From positions 620,001 to 684,000 of the forward strand of contig QPGO01000017.1 of assembly GCA_008632985.1 (NCBI GenBank): a stretch of DNA of 64,000 nucleotides, written 5' to 3'. Origin of the DNA: Psammoneis japonica. Lineage: Eukaryota. A model generated the notes under the pieces. The model was not told where the DNA came from, did not search any database, and saw only the letters and a program-made list of their open reading frames with translations. Shown piece after piece: positions 12,809 through 25,760 of this stretch. Numbering within the stretch: the stretch's first letter is position 1; every line of letters begins with the position of its first letter. The translations under genes were made by a program, and so were the position numbers.

Positions 12809-12979
12809 TGACAGAACACCAAAGGCAAGAGGTGACAGAGGCACAAAGACTCCTCAAAGCACCAGGACTGTGATGACACGAGTGCTGGTAGATGAGAAAG
12901 TCTGCTCGTCTATCTGGATGGTCCGGTCATCATCCATGTGCAGTCTGTCCATCATGCAACATGTGTGGGTGGGCTGACA
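12809..12979 (-). repeat. Shared central LTR (variant b)
   Basis: PPT on one side and PBS-like motif on the other. Confidence 0.9.
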
Positions 12980-13158
12980 CCCTCCCCTGATCTGTGATGT
13001 CTCAACACAGAGAGCAGTGCAGATCAAACCAAAGAACAGGGATGATGTGAGGAAAAAGCAGAGAGACCAGACACAGGACACGAGAAGTGTCCATGCCCAA
13101 TGCGCAATCAAACAAAGGGGCAATGCGCAGCAGGGAGGCCACCGCAGAAGAAAAAGTC

Positions 13159-16100
13159 TCAACAGCAGTGTCCCATCATGCGTCGAGCGTGGCGGGTGTG
13201 CAGCACCCAGCCAAGAGCCTTGGCAAGGTCATCGCCAGGGTTGATGATGCCAGGGACATGTCTTGTGACAATCTTGCCCACTTCCTTCCATTCTTGGATC
13301 ACAAAAAACTGGATCTCAATGTGACGGGAGCGCTTGGTTGGAATCGAATGACTGATGATCTTGATCGCCGATTCGTTGTCAATGTGCAACGGGGTTGGCT
13401 TTGTCTGAGGAAAGCCTGGGTCTTGCAGGACGTGACAAAGGCTAAGAACATGCTTGGCAGTGGTGCCAGCAGCCCAAAAATTTTTTTAGCTTCCGTAGAA
13501 CTCGCAGCGGTCACCGATTGGGTCTTGCACTGAAAGGACACAGCAGCACGGCTAACATGCAAGCACAGCCGGTCGCAGAGCGATGGTTGCGGAGGTCATT
13601 GCCATGCGCAGTGTCCAAGAAAGCAATGAGTTGATGGTCACACTCAGGACAAGGGAACAGTGGTAAGGTCGGGTCAGGAGTGAGACGTTCGAAGGGGCAC
13701 GCGGGCAGTTTTGGGTCTCGGGTGGGCTTCTTGCAGTTCAATTCCCAATGCTTGGTGCGCCCAAGGTGCTTGCAGACTCCTTTGAGCGCATCACAGTGAA
13801 CCATGGCGGGACAGGTAGAGAACTTGGAGAGGGCAGTGACAGCACACCCAATGTCCAAACGGCACACAACGTGCGCATGCAACAATTCACCAAGTGGAGT
13901 GCGGCATCCAAATCCAGCGGCTTGTTGTAACTCTGCATGTTCCGGAGTTCCTTCAGCTGGACCAACAGCAGTGTAGAGTTTGCGAACAGAGTTGACCGTC
14001 AGTGGAGCAGCCTTGCGTCATCGTCGAGTTCCTCGTCCGTCGGTGTTGACCAACCATGCGAGGCACAAGCCCGATCTATGTGGCTGTGAACAGCGACACC
14101 AATGGAGTCATCATGTTGATGAATGTCCACACCATTGGACTCTTCAATCACACCAAGACACTTGAAAGGCGGAGATGTTTCCGATTCCAGCTGAAGAGCT
14201 TTGCCGATCTTGTCATAAATCTTGATTGCAATGGACTCTTCAGGACACGCAAGGGAGAAATCATCAACCTGACAGAGGAGCAAGAGCTTGTGTCCTTCAA
14301 AGGTGGCAGAATGGATGCATTTGTCATGAGCAGTGTTGCAAAAAAGCAGGTTCACATCAGACAAAATGCCGTTGATGTGCGTCTCCCAGAGCACACCGGC
14401 TTCTGGGTGTCCTTGGAGTGCATGTTGCATCAGAAGCACCACGCTCCCATCCAAGTCAATGCCAAACTGAGCCTTGCACCAGGTCGTGCATGCTTCGTCT
14501 GTGGCAACACAGACAGGATGCGACGGTCGTGGAGAGTGTGCACAGGCATCACGAGCATCCCCACCAAAGACAGGGTAGCTCACAGTCGCAGCAAGGGCAA
14601 AAAACATGCATTGGACAGGTTGCTTGACACAGGATGAATGCGTCGAGTAGAGACGATGTAGTGTCAACGCAGCACGGGGGGATCCATCGCAGCATTGTTG
14701 AGGCGACGTGTGCCATCATGTTTGAGATCATGTTGCCAATGCGGACAAAGGACAATGGCATCCTTGGGACGTTTGATTGGTGCACCAAACATCCCCAACT
14801 CATGAAATTGGTCAAGTTGTTTGAATTCACCGGCATGCCATTCAGGCCATGCATCCAACTTCTTGAGACAATGGTGAGTGAAAGCACCCAACGCCTGTTC
14901 CGGCATGGGATGAAACAGCACAGAGATTTGCTGCACCATTGTCACAGTCGACATAGAACAGCGGAGGGACATCATCATCGTCCGCATCAGAGAAATCAAT
15001 GTCGGGGTGACGGATGGCGGCAACAGCACGCATGTCAGCATTGGCAATTTCCGGGACGTGCTCATCATCAGGGTCAGGGGTCGGTGCACAGACATTGTGT
15101 TCCATCAGAGCATGTTGTAGAGCTTTAGAGTCCAACTGACGTTCCGGTGCAAATTCGATTTCAAAATGATTCTTGCCAGAATCACAGACTTGTTGAAAAC
15201 GTTTGACAGCCTCTTCTGCCGTAAAGATGGGATGGTCATTGATCAATGCGACATGCGCGCCCTTGATCTTGTTACGAGTGGCCTTTAAAGAAGAGAAAAG
15301 ATGCGCAGCAGGATAACCACGTTTAATGTCAGAAACAAACACTCGTCGATAGAGGTCATCCGCATGCAAAGATGTTCCAAACGTTGAATCAGGAAACGGT
15401 CCCTTCATCGCACGCGCAATGGTCTTGGCAAAAGGGTTCCCATGAAAGTGGAACTCGTCTGTCATTGATTCTTCAGTCTTGGCAGGCAGAGCAGCGCCAT
15501 CTTGAGTGCGTTCCAAGTGAACCACATTCGGGGGAAGAGAGTCACGGGGTGGGTCATTCATTCCTTCATCAAAACGGACATGCTTGGCAAGATTGACACA
15601 AAAAGTCTCGGTGTCACACCAGAGCATGTTCTTGGTGGTGTCTGGAAGACAGCCCAAGAAAATGCCTTTGCGAGAGACCGATCGAAATTTGGCTGGGCGG
15701 TGGTTCGAAGCACGCACCCAAACTCGACAACCAAATGTACGAAAGTTCTTGAAATCATCCTTTCGACCAGTGGCAAGGGTGATCGGAGCAGCAGTCTGTC
15801 CACGGGATGGCATGGCATTGTCAATCCGAACAAAATGATGAAAAGCACATGGCCAGAATTTGATGGTAAATCGGCACCAATGAGCATTGCCCAAATGGCA
15901 TCAGTGACAGTCAAGTGACTGCGTTCCACTGGGCCACTCTGGTTTGAAGCATCTTTTCCCCTGGGATGAATGCACAGTGGAAGTCATCCTCGAAAAGTCG
16001 TTGAACCTCTGGATTTTGATGCAATTCACCTCCTTGATCCACAAAGACACACTTGTCGGGACATTTTGGCAAGTGCTCTTCCAGAAAGTGGCGAAGCCAA

Positions 16101-17590
16101 TTCCAGGGGGTTGCCTTGGAGACACGAGTTGCACCATGGAGATGCTTCGTTTTATGATCGTAAACAGTGATCCAACAAGTCTCGCCATTCAGTCCAACAC
16201 AGTCCTTGGCACGCTCCGAGTTCTTGGAGCGCAGGCCAGAGAAAGAAAAGTCGACTGTAAGACCTTGGCAGGGTTGGGTGGCAGTGAGAGCAGTGTTTGG
16301 ACCGGCAGGTTCCTTTGTCTGCTTTGCTTGCATGCATGCAGGACAAGTGTCGAGGGGAGAGGTTCCGTGGGCAAACTTGGGGACGCCATCAACGTGTTTG
16401 TGGGCATTGCAAAGGCATTGATCACTCGGATGACCAAGTCGCTGATGCCATAAAAGACGTTCCGTGTCGGCCTTGAGAGACTGAACAGGAATGTTCTTCT
16501 CAGCATGCTTCTCGAAAGGAATGTCCTGATGCACGCGGGGGATCAACTTGCGTTCATCACGAAGAGCTTCATGTTGGTGGGTGCGACAAGTCTCAATCAC
16601 ATGTGCAGAGACTGCTTCACATTCATCTGCAAAAGAAGGGTCACTGGTCTTGAGGCGCTTGACAGATGCACCCAGTTTGTTGTTAGATTCCAGGAGAAGC
16701 AGAGGGTGAGTGAAGCATTTGCCATTGATCAATTTCCCATGAATGACAATGTCCTGACTCTTGCACAATCGGTGTTGTGCAACAAACTTGCAGGTGCCAA
16801 GGTCACGGAACTTGAGAACACAATCGACATTGTGATCTGCATGACGAGTGCCATTTTGATGAAGCAGTGGTTGCTCATCGACCAACGTAGATTGGATCTG
16901 CGGGTGACAGCATGTGCGAGCCTCAACACATCCGGCAGAGTTCTCTGCAGGAATCTGCAGGTGTCCAAAGCCAACTGGGACAGCTTGATGGCCAAGGGCG
17001 GGATTGACAGCAAGGGGACAGGGATGAGACGGAGTGAATTCTTGGTGTCAATGGAGGAGGTCACGGTCACCTGTGCATGCAATGTCAGCACCTGCATCAA
17101 GTTGAGTGCAACGTTCATTCGAAGCAAAATTGACCCCATTGACAGAACAAGTAGAGCGCAGCAGTTCTGGCTCAGGAGAGTGAGTTGCTTGGCATGGATC
17201 AATCGGAGTGACTTGAACAGAATTGACTGCAGCAAAACCATCTTCAACGGCCATGTCATCGTAGGTGAGATCAATGCACTCCTCAAAATCCGGTGTTTCT
17301 GAGTCTTCCCTCCCCTGTTCCAAAGGATCTGGAACAGGAGCATCATCGATGGCATCTTCCGGAGGAGCAGGATCATCGTCGGGCAACTTGCTAGCATCAA
17401 AAGACCTTCTTGGCAGTGGCAGGGGTTGCATCCATGTCAATCTGCGGAGAAAGAGGCATTTCAGCGGCAGATGACGAGACGGTTGGTCCCTCTTTCAGGG
17501 TCATCCCGCTGACATTAGTTTTGTCTCGGTGAGGAGAGAACGGGCAGCGTCGGAGATCCGAAACTAGCTGCGATGGCCCGATTGAAAATC
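13159..17590 (-). pseudogene. pol: Copia pol (PR, GAG-pre-integrase, IN, RT, RNase H), frameshifted
   Basis: LDAGAD; LWHQRLGHPS...CPAC; VDQGGEL; LQGHPEAG; QVDDF; IDNESAI...RHIEIQFF. Confidence 0.9.
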
Positions 17591-19593
17591 CGATGGCGAA
17601 GTGCCAGATTTGGTCAAATTTTCAGGGTTTTCATGATGAGGGGGGAGCAGTCCTTGGGGTTCTTGGAACTCAGAAGCACGCATGGCTGCTTCCCTCTTCA
17701 AGAATTGACAAAAGCGGATGTTGAGTCCCTTGATGTACGGGTTGTTCTTCAAGACTGGACAGTCGTCAAATGAGTGTTCACCCAAGCAGACGAGACATGG
17801 TTTCTTGGAGGCTTCATTCGGAGTGACTTTCAGTTTGTAAACTGAAGCCAAGTAGACATGATCAAGAAGTCAATCTTTGTCCGTGGAGGGGAACTCAAGT
17901 CCATGCAACTCATTGCAAAAAGTGTCGAAGGCATCCAAAGATGGAGATTCCGCACCAGTGTCTTCAACAGCAGAGTCATCAACTGGTTCAAGTGGGGGAA
18001 TCTCCGGGACCTGGAGAGCATTGACATCGACATTTGTGCATCGCGCATCCTCATTGGCTCGACTCCGTTTATGGTGGGGATTGGATGGCGTTGTGCGTGT
18101 GTTGAGGGATGGGCCATCCGGTTGATGGAGAAAATCAGAGAGAGTCTCAACAATCTGTGCATCAGTGTGCTTCTTCTGCATGGTTGGAGACTTCCGTTCA
18201 TCTCTGGCAGCACGAGATAAGAACTTGGAGCACTCAGTGTTCTTGATGAACACAGTCATCTCTCATGGATCAGTCAACGTAGAGTCCGCATCAAAGATGC
18301 AGGCACGCAACTGCAGGAAATCATTGAAGATCATGTGGCAGTCTGTCAATGAGCGATTGCCTTGGACAGGACAGGAATCAACTGGTCCTGCAGCATTGTG
18401 GTCAAAAGCAGGGTGATTCTCGCAGACAATCTGCTTGAGAGCCTTGCATCAATTGCCGCAGCATGATGCAACAATCCGATGACACCTGCTGTTCTTGGGG
18501 AACACATCCGACTTGGACAGGATCTTGTGGAGAGAGCTCTGAGCTTCCTTGCAGTGGACATGCATGTGTTGCGGTAAATTGTCATCCTTGCCGTCTCTGA
18601 TCTCAAAACCTTTCTCACCACCGTGGTCCTTGGTGAAACACCACAATGGATGCATGCAGCATCCTGAATCAAAGGCATGACGTTGGAAGTTTTGGCACCA
18701 TGCGCGCATCCCAGGAGGAGAGTTGTCATGACATACAGGAGGTTCCCTGAACAACATTTTCTGATCAGGGGTCGAGCTCATGATGAAAAGAGCACCATCG
18801 TTGAGGATGATGCGATCAGATGCATCAATGCAGTGACGGAATCCATGATCACAAGGGACGAGAGAGCTCTTGAGAGTGACTTTGCCTTCTTCTTTGCGGT
18901 CGTAGCGTGCACGAACATCTTTGGGCAGTGTGTTTGGATTGAAGAGGTGTTTCGATGTAACAGAGGATGTGGCACTCCCAGATGACTTGGCAGAAGCTGC
19001 AGAAGGTGGAGCGTGGCTCAACGCACATGCACTGAGTGCGTTGACCAAGTCATCCACACTCACCATAGCAGATCCTGCAGTTTTCTGAGGAGGAGACGAA
19101 GGCTGCTGTTTCTGCTGGCAGGGTGTGAGAGAGAATTTGTTCCAATTGCGACAGTTCCACATCATGTCCGGATCAACATGCACATGTTGGGTGGATGTGG
19201 CAATGAACAGAGATTGTTCGCTGTTCTGAAGATTGTCTTGATCATCTTTGACAATGTCGGAGTCGTCAAGCGGACTGGACGAGGCCTTTGAGGGTCAAGA
19301 AGTCTGAACGGGGCTTGATCCACAATCGTCTTGATTGATTCTACATCCGCAGGATCAGCTGTGTGAGGTGGAAACACTTCGTGGATGAAGCAATCGCGAA
19401 GCAGGTCCGCAAAATCTTGCTTGGGTTGTGCATGCTCTGGATCATCAAAAAATTGATTGAGATCAGTTGTGGAGTCCGCACAAACCGCATTCAGGCACTG
19501 ATGTAGATGTGGTGTCGTTGCATGTGCCTCAAATTCGCAGCAGATCTCTGCAATTGACGTGGGAGCGGCTTTTGCAAGGTCGGAAGATGCCAT
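17564..19593 (-). pseudogene. gag: Copia gag with CCHC zinc knuckle
   Basis: CLVCLGEHSFDDC; colinear with 32783-34813; TAG at 17564-17566; internal stops. Confidence 0.85.
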
Positions 19594-19791
19594 GGTTTTA
19601 CTTGGGGAAAACATTTTTGGTCATGCACGCGCAGAAATCTGGCATGTTTCTACGACCGTGAAAAATGCTGGGAAAGCGAGGCAAAAGTTGTCAGATCAGA
19701 CGATGAGGCTCGCTCGATCGGCTCACAAAACAGATGAATCGAAATGGAAAGCTTGGCGCAGAGGTCTGTGGCACAGCGTAAGGCCACAACC

Positions 19792-19983
19792 TGACAGAGC
19801 ACCAAAGGCATGAGGTGACAATGGTCTAAAGACTTCCCAAAGCACCAGGACTGTGACAACACGAGTGCCAGCAAGAAAAGAGTGAGAAGCAGATGACAGA
19901 GAGATCTGCTCGTCTGTCTAAATGGTCCAGCCATCATCCGCATCCAGTCTGTCCATCACATGACAGGCACAGACAGGCTGACA
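19792..19983 (-). repeat. LTR, Copia family 1 (variant a), 5' LTR
   Basis: Matches the 32392/39397 LTRs; followed by PBS-like ggttgtggccttacg. Confidence 0.9.
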
Positions 19984-21035
19984 AAAGGGACAGGGTGGGC
20001 CACGTTCTCCTCATTTTGCATGACAACATCAACACCCACTTTGTCACGTGGATTCATTTGGCAACTCTGTGCTCTCAAAGTCTTCTTGATCCCCTCTCCT
20101 TCTAGAAAGACATCATGTTGCAACAGCCCATCATTCACAGGTTTTTCTGTGACATCCACTTGTTCTTCCACATCTGGCAAATCATTCAAACAGGCATCAT
20201 CAGGCTCCTTGTCTGCCTCAAAAACTTCCTCCACCAGAGCAACTTTCTCCTTGGCAACGGCATTGTCTTCAACAGCAAAATGGCAGAACCATCAAAGAAT
20301 GGCTCCTTTGGACCCTTTTCTTCTGGGACAATGAGCATGCTGTGTTGCAATGACCTGCTGTCCACAAGTTCCTTGAAGCAGTCCTGCAGTTGAGAAGCCT
20401 GCAGAAAACCCAGCAGCCCCCTCCTCCTGCTCACAGTCATCAATTTTGGTGGGGTGTTGGTGCATTCTTTGCACTGGGTCACTCACAGGAGGCTCTGTGT
20501 GAAAGCAGCCAAAGGCCAAGGTGCTCACTCAATTTGTCCACAGCAAATGTGTTGCCTGTGCCAGAGCCATGCTCTGAAATTGCTGTCAATGTTGGCTTGC
20601 TTCTTTGTTTGAGCGGGCCGCATGAATTTTCCTGAAGAAGGGGGCTCACTCTGACATGGCACACATTTTTGCAAAAAACAATGTGCACCTTTGGAGCTGT
20701 GAAAAGAAGATCCTCCTCCCCACACACACAAGCAACACCTGTCATTGCACCGCCATCTTCTCTCACTGCTTCTGAAGCGGGCACGCACCCAGGTCCCACC
20801 ACCTGCCGGCAGGTACCTGCCGACCGACCTGCCAGGCAGGCCAAAGCCTGTCATCGTGCGGCGCGCCAAAAATTCTTGCTGCGGTTGACGGACGTGCGGC
20901 ACCGCAAGTCAGCAGCGCGGCGCGGCAAGCAATGACAACACCACAGCTAGACTAACAGCGGGTCTTCGTTGTTGCAGCCTTGTGAAGTGCAGAGCTTGTC
21001 TTTGTTGTGTCTACTCCCAGTTGTGTGTGTGTGCG

Positions 21036-22446
21036 ATGCCTCCAAAGAAGAAGCAGAACAGATCCCAAGCTTCCATTGACAAGCGGAACGCAACAAAGCG
21101 GGAGCAGCGAAGGTTGGCAAACGAAGAAAAGGAACGAAAGGCCCTCATGGCTGAAGCGCGCACGAAGAAGAACACGGAGCGGATGAGGAAGAAACGCGCA
21201 GAAGAGAAAGCGAACGAGGGAAAGCACTCCAATGCTGGCGAGATCCCAGTGCCAGCCTCCGGTGCTGTCATGGAACCCAGTGCCGCTGCTGCTGTCGTGC
21301 CCGCTGCCGGAATGGCGGTCGTGCCCGCTGCCGGAACGGCGGTCGTGCCCGCTGATGCTGCTGTTGAACTACCGACCGAAAACATGATTGCGGCCATTGT
21401 ACCCACTCTTCCTGTGAACCATCAAACTGCCATTGCTTTGGTGGCTCAGCAGAACGAGTTTGACCGCGCAATTTACCAAGACGAAGCAGCCAGCATCAAG
21501 GACGTCGCGGAATCAGTCGCGGAGGCAGTCGCGAGTAAAGTCGTGAAAGAAGCGTTTGCTGAGATGAGGCAGAGCAAGGCTGATCTCAAGTCGTCGACTG
21601 AAAATCGCTCCAAGGAGATCATTGCGCTACTTACGCCGGCCAAATCGGCGCCGACTCCTCTCCGTCCGGCGGAGAACATTGAGGAGATTCCTCCAACTCC
21701 GGCTCCCACGGCGGTCGCCACGAATGAAAATCGTCTGAAAGACGATGAAGCGTTCATGACGCCACCCTCGCAAGGAGAAGAGGAGACGGTGCCTCACCTG
21801 GCGGACGATACGGAGAAAGAGGAACAAGAGGCAGTGGAAACTCCGAGGAGTAAGTAAATGAACAGGCACATCAAATACATGGCATATACTTTCTTTTCAT
21901 CATGTAACTGACACATGTGCGTCGTGTCATTCCGACATCACAGAATCTTTTCTCTCTCGCGTTTCGGGTGCCGTCTCCTATGTTTTTACTCCTAGAAAGG
22001 AGGAGACTGATGCTCAAGGGTCTGAAAATTCTTCGGACGGTAGCAAGGAATCGGTTGATGTCCACGATTCTACCAGGGACTCCGATACAGCGGGTGACGA
22101 TTTTGCCAACGATTCCGAGGTTTCTGTGGTCGAGCAAGATTTTGCCGAGGGCGCTGACTCCGAGAATGAAACTTCTGTCGAAGGTGAAGAGGCCTCTGTT
22201 GGCGAGGAGGGGTTCCTCATGGACAATTCTGATGTCAACAAATCCGACGGCTCTGATTCGGAGGATGATGAGGATACCGACGATGGTATTGGTGTCAACA
22301 ATTCCGGCGACGCCGATTCGGAGTCTTCGTCCAGTGGCACCGATTCGACGGATGGCCATTCTGTCGACAGCGTGCCGATGACCTCCCCGGTCTGCAACAG
22401 GTTCAATCTTCGTCCTCGGCGTGCCGCCAAGAACTACATCTCCTGA
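21036..22446 (+). CDS. Spliced orphan gene copy B: exons 21036-21849 and 21944-22446, ~438 aa, basic N-terminus, Ala/Val repeats, acidic tail
   Basis: MPPKKKQNRSQ start; GTAAGT donor at 21850, CTGAC branch motif, CAG acceptor ending 21943. In frame with ORF 22126-22446. Confidence 0.75.
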
Positions 22447-25156
22447 ATCTGTAGTATTTGTTGTCATATGGAGTGGTGATTCATTCGCAGAGAAGCATGT
22501 CGCTGCACTCATCGCAAGCAGCCCTGAAACTTCATTTTCTGTACTCACTTGGTGCCGTACTTTTTCAACTTGTCGATGGTCCTTGCACCGTCAGCATGGT
22601 CGGTCCGCAAGTAGTAGTGTAGGGTAGAAAAAGTTTCTATTCTAGTAACCAGATTGTATCAGGGAAAAACAGTGTTGCTCACATAGGATACATTGTGATA
22701 GCACTGTGCCGGTACATTAGATTAAGATGGAATAGTTCATTCCGCGGTTTTTGTTCGGAAACCCACACGGTAAGTTGCGTTGCGCTTCACAGGATGAAAA
22801 ACGCTACGCTTGAATTGCTGCACAGGCTTCCACATAGATCATTCACAAAATTAAGTGTATTCCATACAGCGAACTGAATTGACCTTACTCACTCGATACT
22901 CGCTACAGATAACGCCACATCGTCGTCCTTATCCCAGAGAAAGAAAAGCGGCGTCGATAGAGCTCTGCTTTTTCCACTTACTCCTCATGGCAGAGAATAT
23001 ATCATTGTGATATAGTTGAAATAATACGCAACACTCAATGGGTCTGCAGATTTCACATGCTCTGCAGCATTTGCTTCCTCGAGAGCCAAACCCTTCCATT
23101 CTCGACTCTTGGCGAAGTTTACCAATAATGTTGGCGTCAGCAGTCACAATGTATTGACGTCAAAGTCTTTCGGGTCGGAGCATACAGACACGGTCAATGC
23201 TGAACATCCCTGCTTGCAAGCGGGAGCAAGCGTACCGATTCGAACTATCTATGAAAATCGAGTATAGCTACAACTTTCCGACTTTCCCCTGCCTTTCAAC
23301 AACAGCGGACCTTCTCTGCTGCAGCACATTCTTCTTCTTACCACCGTGGAAGAGTATTATCTCCCGCCATACTACAGGAAAATTGAACATCCAGAGCCTT
23401 GTCGAAAAAGGCTTGCTCTTCCTTTCAATCGATTCGGTGTGCTCGGACATCGTTCTGACACCTGCATTAGTCAACCCTTGCTTACTGATTCGAGACATGT
23501 TGCACAAAAGAGTGCAATGAGTTGGCACAGAAGTCTCTCACCATCTCAGTGCTCGACCCAACACAGAAACTCTAAATCTGATGACGTCGGGAGGGTCGTT
23601 TAGGTCATGGTGCTGTAGACAGCGGGAAATCCAGCCCAATGATCGCTGGGCCTCCCCTGAATTGTGCCATCCGCGCCCACGGTTCCCATCTCATTTCGAA
23701 AAATGCCACACGTCTATCTTGTAACGACAACAAGCGTAGGTTGGAAGCAATCGTCAAGGGAAATAGCTTTTCACGAGCGCTCTTGTTGATATGCCAACAT
23801 TACCCCCTCTCCCGTAAGAGGCTTTATTGTTTCACGCCGTCATCTGACCAAGTCAACTTGTACTGTAGTCTCACATTTGCAATGTGCACCAAGCTTGGCT
23901 GCGCAGACCCGGCGATAACAATTCGAAACATAGGACAGTAATTGCACCGTTGTTTGTTCAACTTTGCCTTGCAACGTGCCGCACACGGTGGGCCATCAAC
24001 TGCATGTCCTCCAAGCGGCGATTTCCACTGGCTGGAGATTTTATCTTTTCGCTCCAGAGCAACCGACTCGTCTCTTCTTAAAATGTGCTGTCTGCTGTCT
24101 AGCTAGAAGAATCCGCAATGGGCACTGAAGCTCCCGCATCATTTTCTTTTAAAGACCTTTGTGCGAACTGCCTCATTTAAGACCAGATGTTTCGAACGTC
24201 GACACAAACGCTACTCGGTGGTGGTGTGATGCGTGATTGTCGGAGGGATTGAGCTCGAATTCATCGCAAAAGCACGATCAACGTTCATTCCGCCCTTTTT
24301 CTGCTGTTTCACCTGACGCCAACTGGCCCAGCTCTGAGGAACAGTTTCTTTTGCAGCCGAACGACGAATTTGTAAGATCGAAGAATCGGCAGGTGCGTGT
24401 GCAGTGTGTTGTCGGAGACAGCTGGCTTGAAACGAATAAGACGTCATGGTCGATTTTCGGGCTGGGGGCTGGGGGTCGGGTGATGGGTGATGCGATGTGA
24501 TAGATGTGCGGCCTTCGAGCGTCCGTCAGGCGGCGTGGAGCGTCCGACCTGCCTCCGTAAAATCCGGGTATCTTTCTGCTGAGGTGTGCGCATTTTGTGC
24601 GCACTCTGTGCGCAGTTTGTGCGCAGGCCTTGGGACACGCGGCATTTTGATGTGTTTCAGGACAAACCTGTTGTCATGCGCAGGACTCCTTTTTCAGCTG
24701 GAAGACAACAGTTCTTAAATGCAGACAATTTGTGACAGACACACTCATTTGTTCAGCTTGCGATCAGCAGCTGGCTGCGCTTGGCCCCGCAGCCTTGCTG
24801 CCTGGGTGGCCGCAGCTCGCGGCTGTGCACTTCCCGCTGGGTGTCTTGCCTTGAAGCTCTTCACAAGCTTTTTCTTGACCAAGCTCTTCACAATGTTTCC
24901 TGGTTTTGGTGCTCATCTTCTGTGCTGCAGAGCGCGGTGCTGCCGTGCTCTTCACCTTTCAGAGGGCTGCCGGCAGCCCTCGTGCAGTTGGGGGCTGCAG
25001 ATGTGGAGACCATCCTCGCGCTGGAGAGCAACACAGCCAAGCTTTTGGGGCCAATGCTTTCTGTCTTTGTTCAGTCTCATGTGGCACCTCTTGCCCAAAT
25101 GCCATGCTTGGTGACGTCCTCGGCAAGTGCAAATTTTTTGGCACCTGGGTTGCCAG
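21252..25156 (+). repeat. Segmental duplication copy 2
   Basis: Colinear with 3716-7971; lacks the MITE at 7389 and the LTR at 7972. Confidence 0.9.
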
Positions 25157-25760
25157 CCAATGAAGGCCAAACGACGGGTTCCAGTCCCAGGTGGGACGTT
25201 TTGTGACATTCGGCCCGCAGAATTCTACGTGCAAGCTCTGCAGTGCAAGAATCTGATCAACGGATGTTTTTGTCTTCAACATCAAATGCAACGGCCAAGT
25301 TTGTGGCACATTTGTGCCTGTCCACACTCGAAGTTTTTGGTGTCCGCCTGCCCTGCGCCATTCTCAAGACATTTGCGAATGGTGCAGAAGCAAAAATGTT
25401 AAAAGTTGTTGAATGGATTGCTCAACAATTGTGCTGCAAAATGATGCAAAATTCCACCAAAGTCATGCAGAAATGTGCGTGCGCGACATGCGGCGCGATC
25501 CAAAAAACCATCAGATGTCGCAGTTCAGCAGTGCGAGGTCCCACCCAGAGCTGGAGCGCATCAAACAGCCCTCATCTGCTTTGACATGATTGCAACTTTG
25601 CGCGCCCGCTGCCACACATGCTCCCCACAAGAATGACATTCACACAAATCCCAGAGCACTTGGTCAGAATCTTGGCATTTTTTGGGCAAGTGCACAAAAA
25701 ATGTGCGCAGCCAACGGCATTTTGAGGCCTTTTTCTGACCATCTTGGCTGGTGTGAAGAT
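24630..25760 (-). mobile_element. PIF/Harbinger-like transposase remnant, MITE-interrupted
   Basis: Homologous to 51905-52990 and 7040-7971. Confidence 0.5.
25173..25562 (+). mobile_element. MITE, GAC...GTC family, 390 bp, TSD AAAC
   Basis: aaac[gacgggttccag...ctggagcgcatc]aaac; homologous empty site near 52485 (ggccaaacaacc). Confidence 0.9.

Larger units (their letters stand above)
7972..12979 (-). mobile_element. Non-autonomous Copia family-1 derivative (LTRs 7972-8164 and 12809-12979) with two nested DNA elements
   Basis: TG...CA LTRs, PBS-like ggttgtggcc, PPT aggggatgg. Has the gag N-terminus and the post-integrase KGIFLG/FDEG motif but no PR/IN/RT core. Confidence 0.8.
12809..19983 (-). 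mobile_element. Ty1/Copia (CoDi-like) retrotransposon family 1, full length, degenerate
   Basis: 5' LTR 19792-19983, 3' LTR 12809-12979, PPT aggggaggg; domain order gag-PR-IN-RT-RH. Confidence 0.95.
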
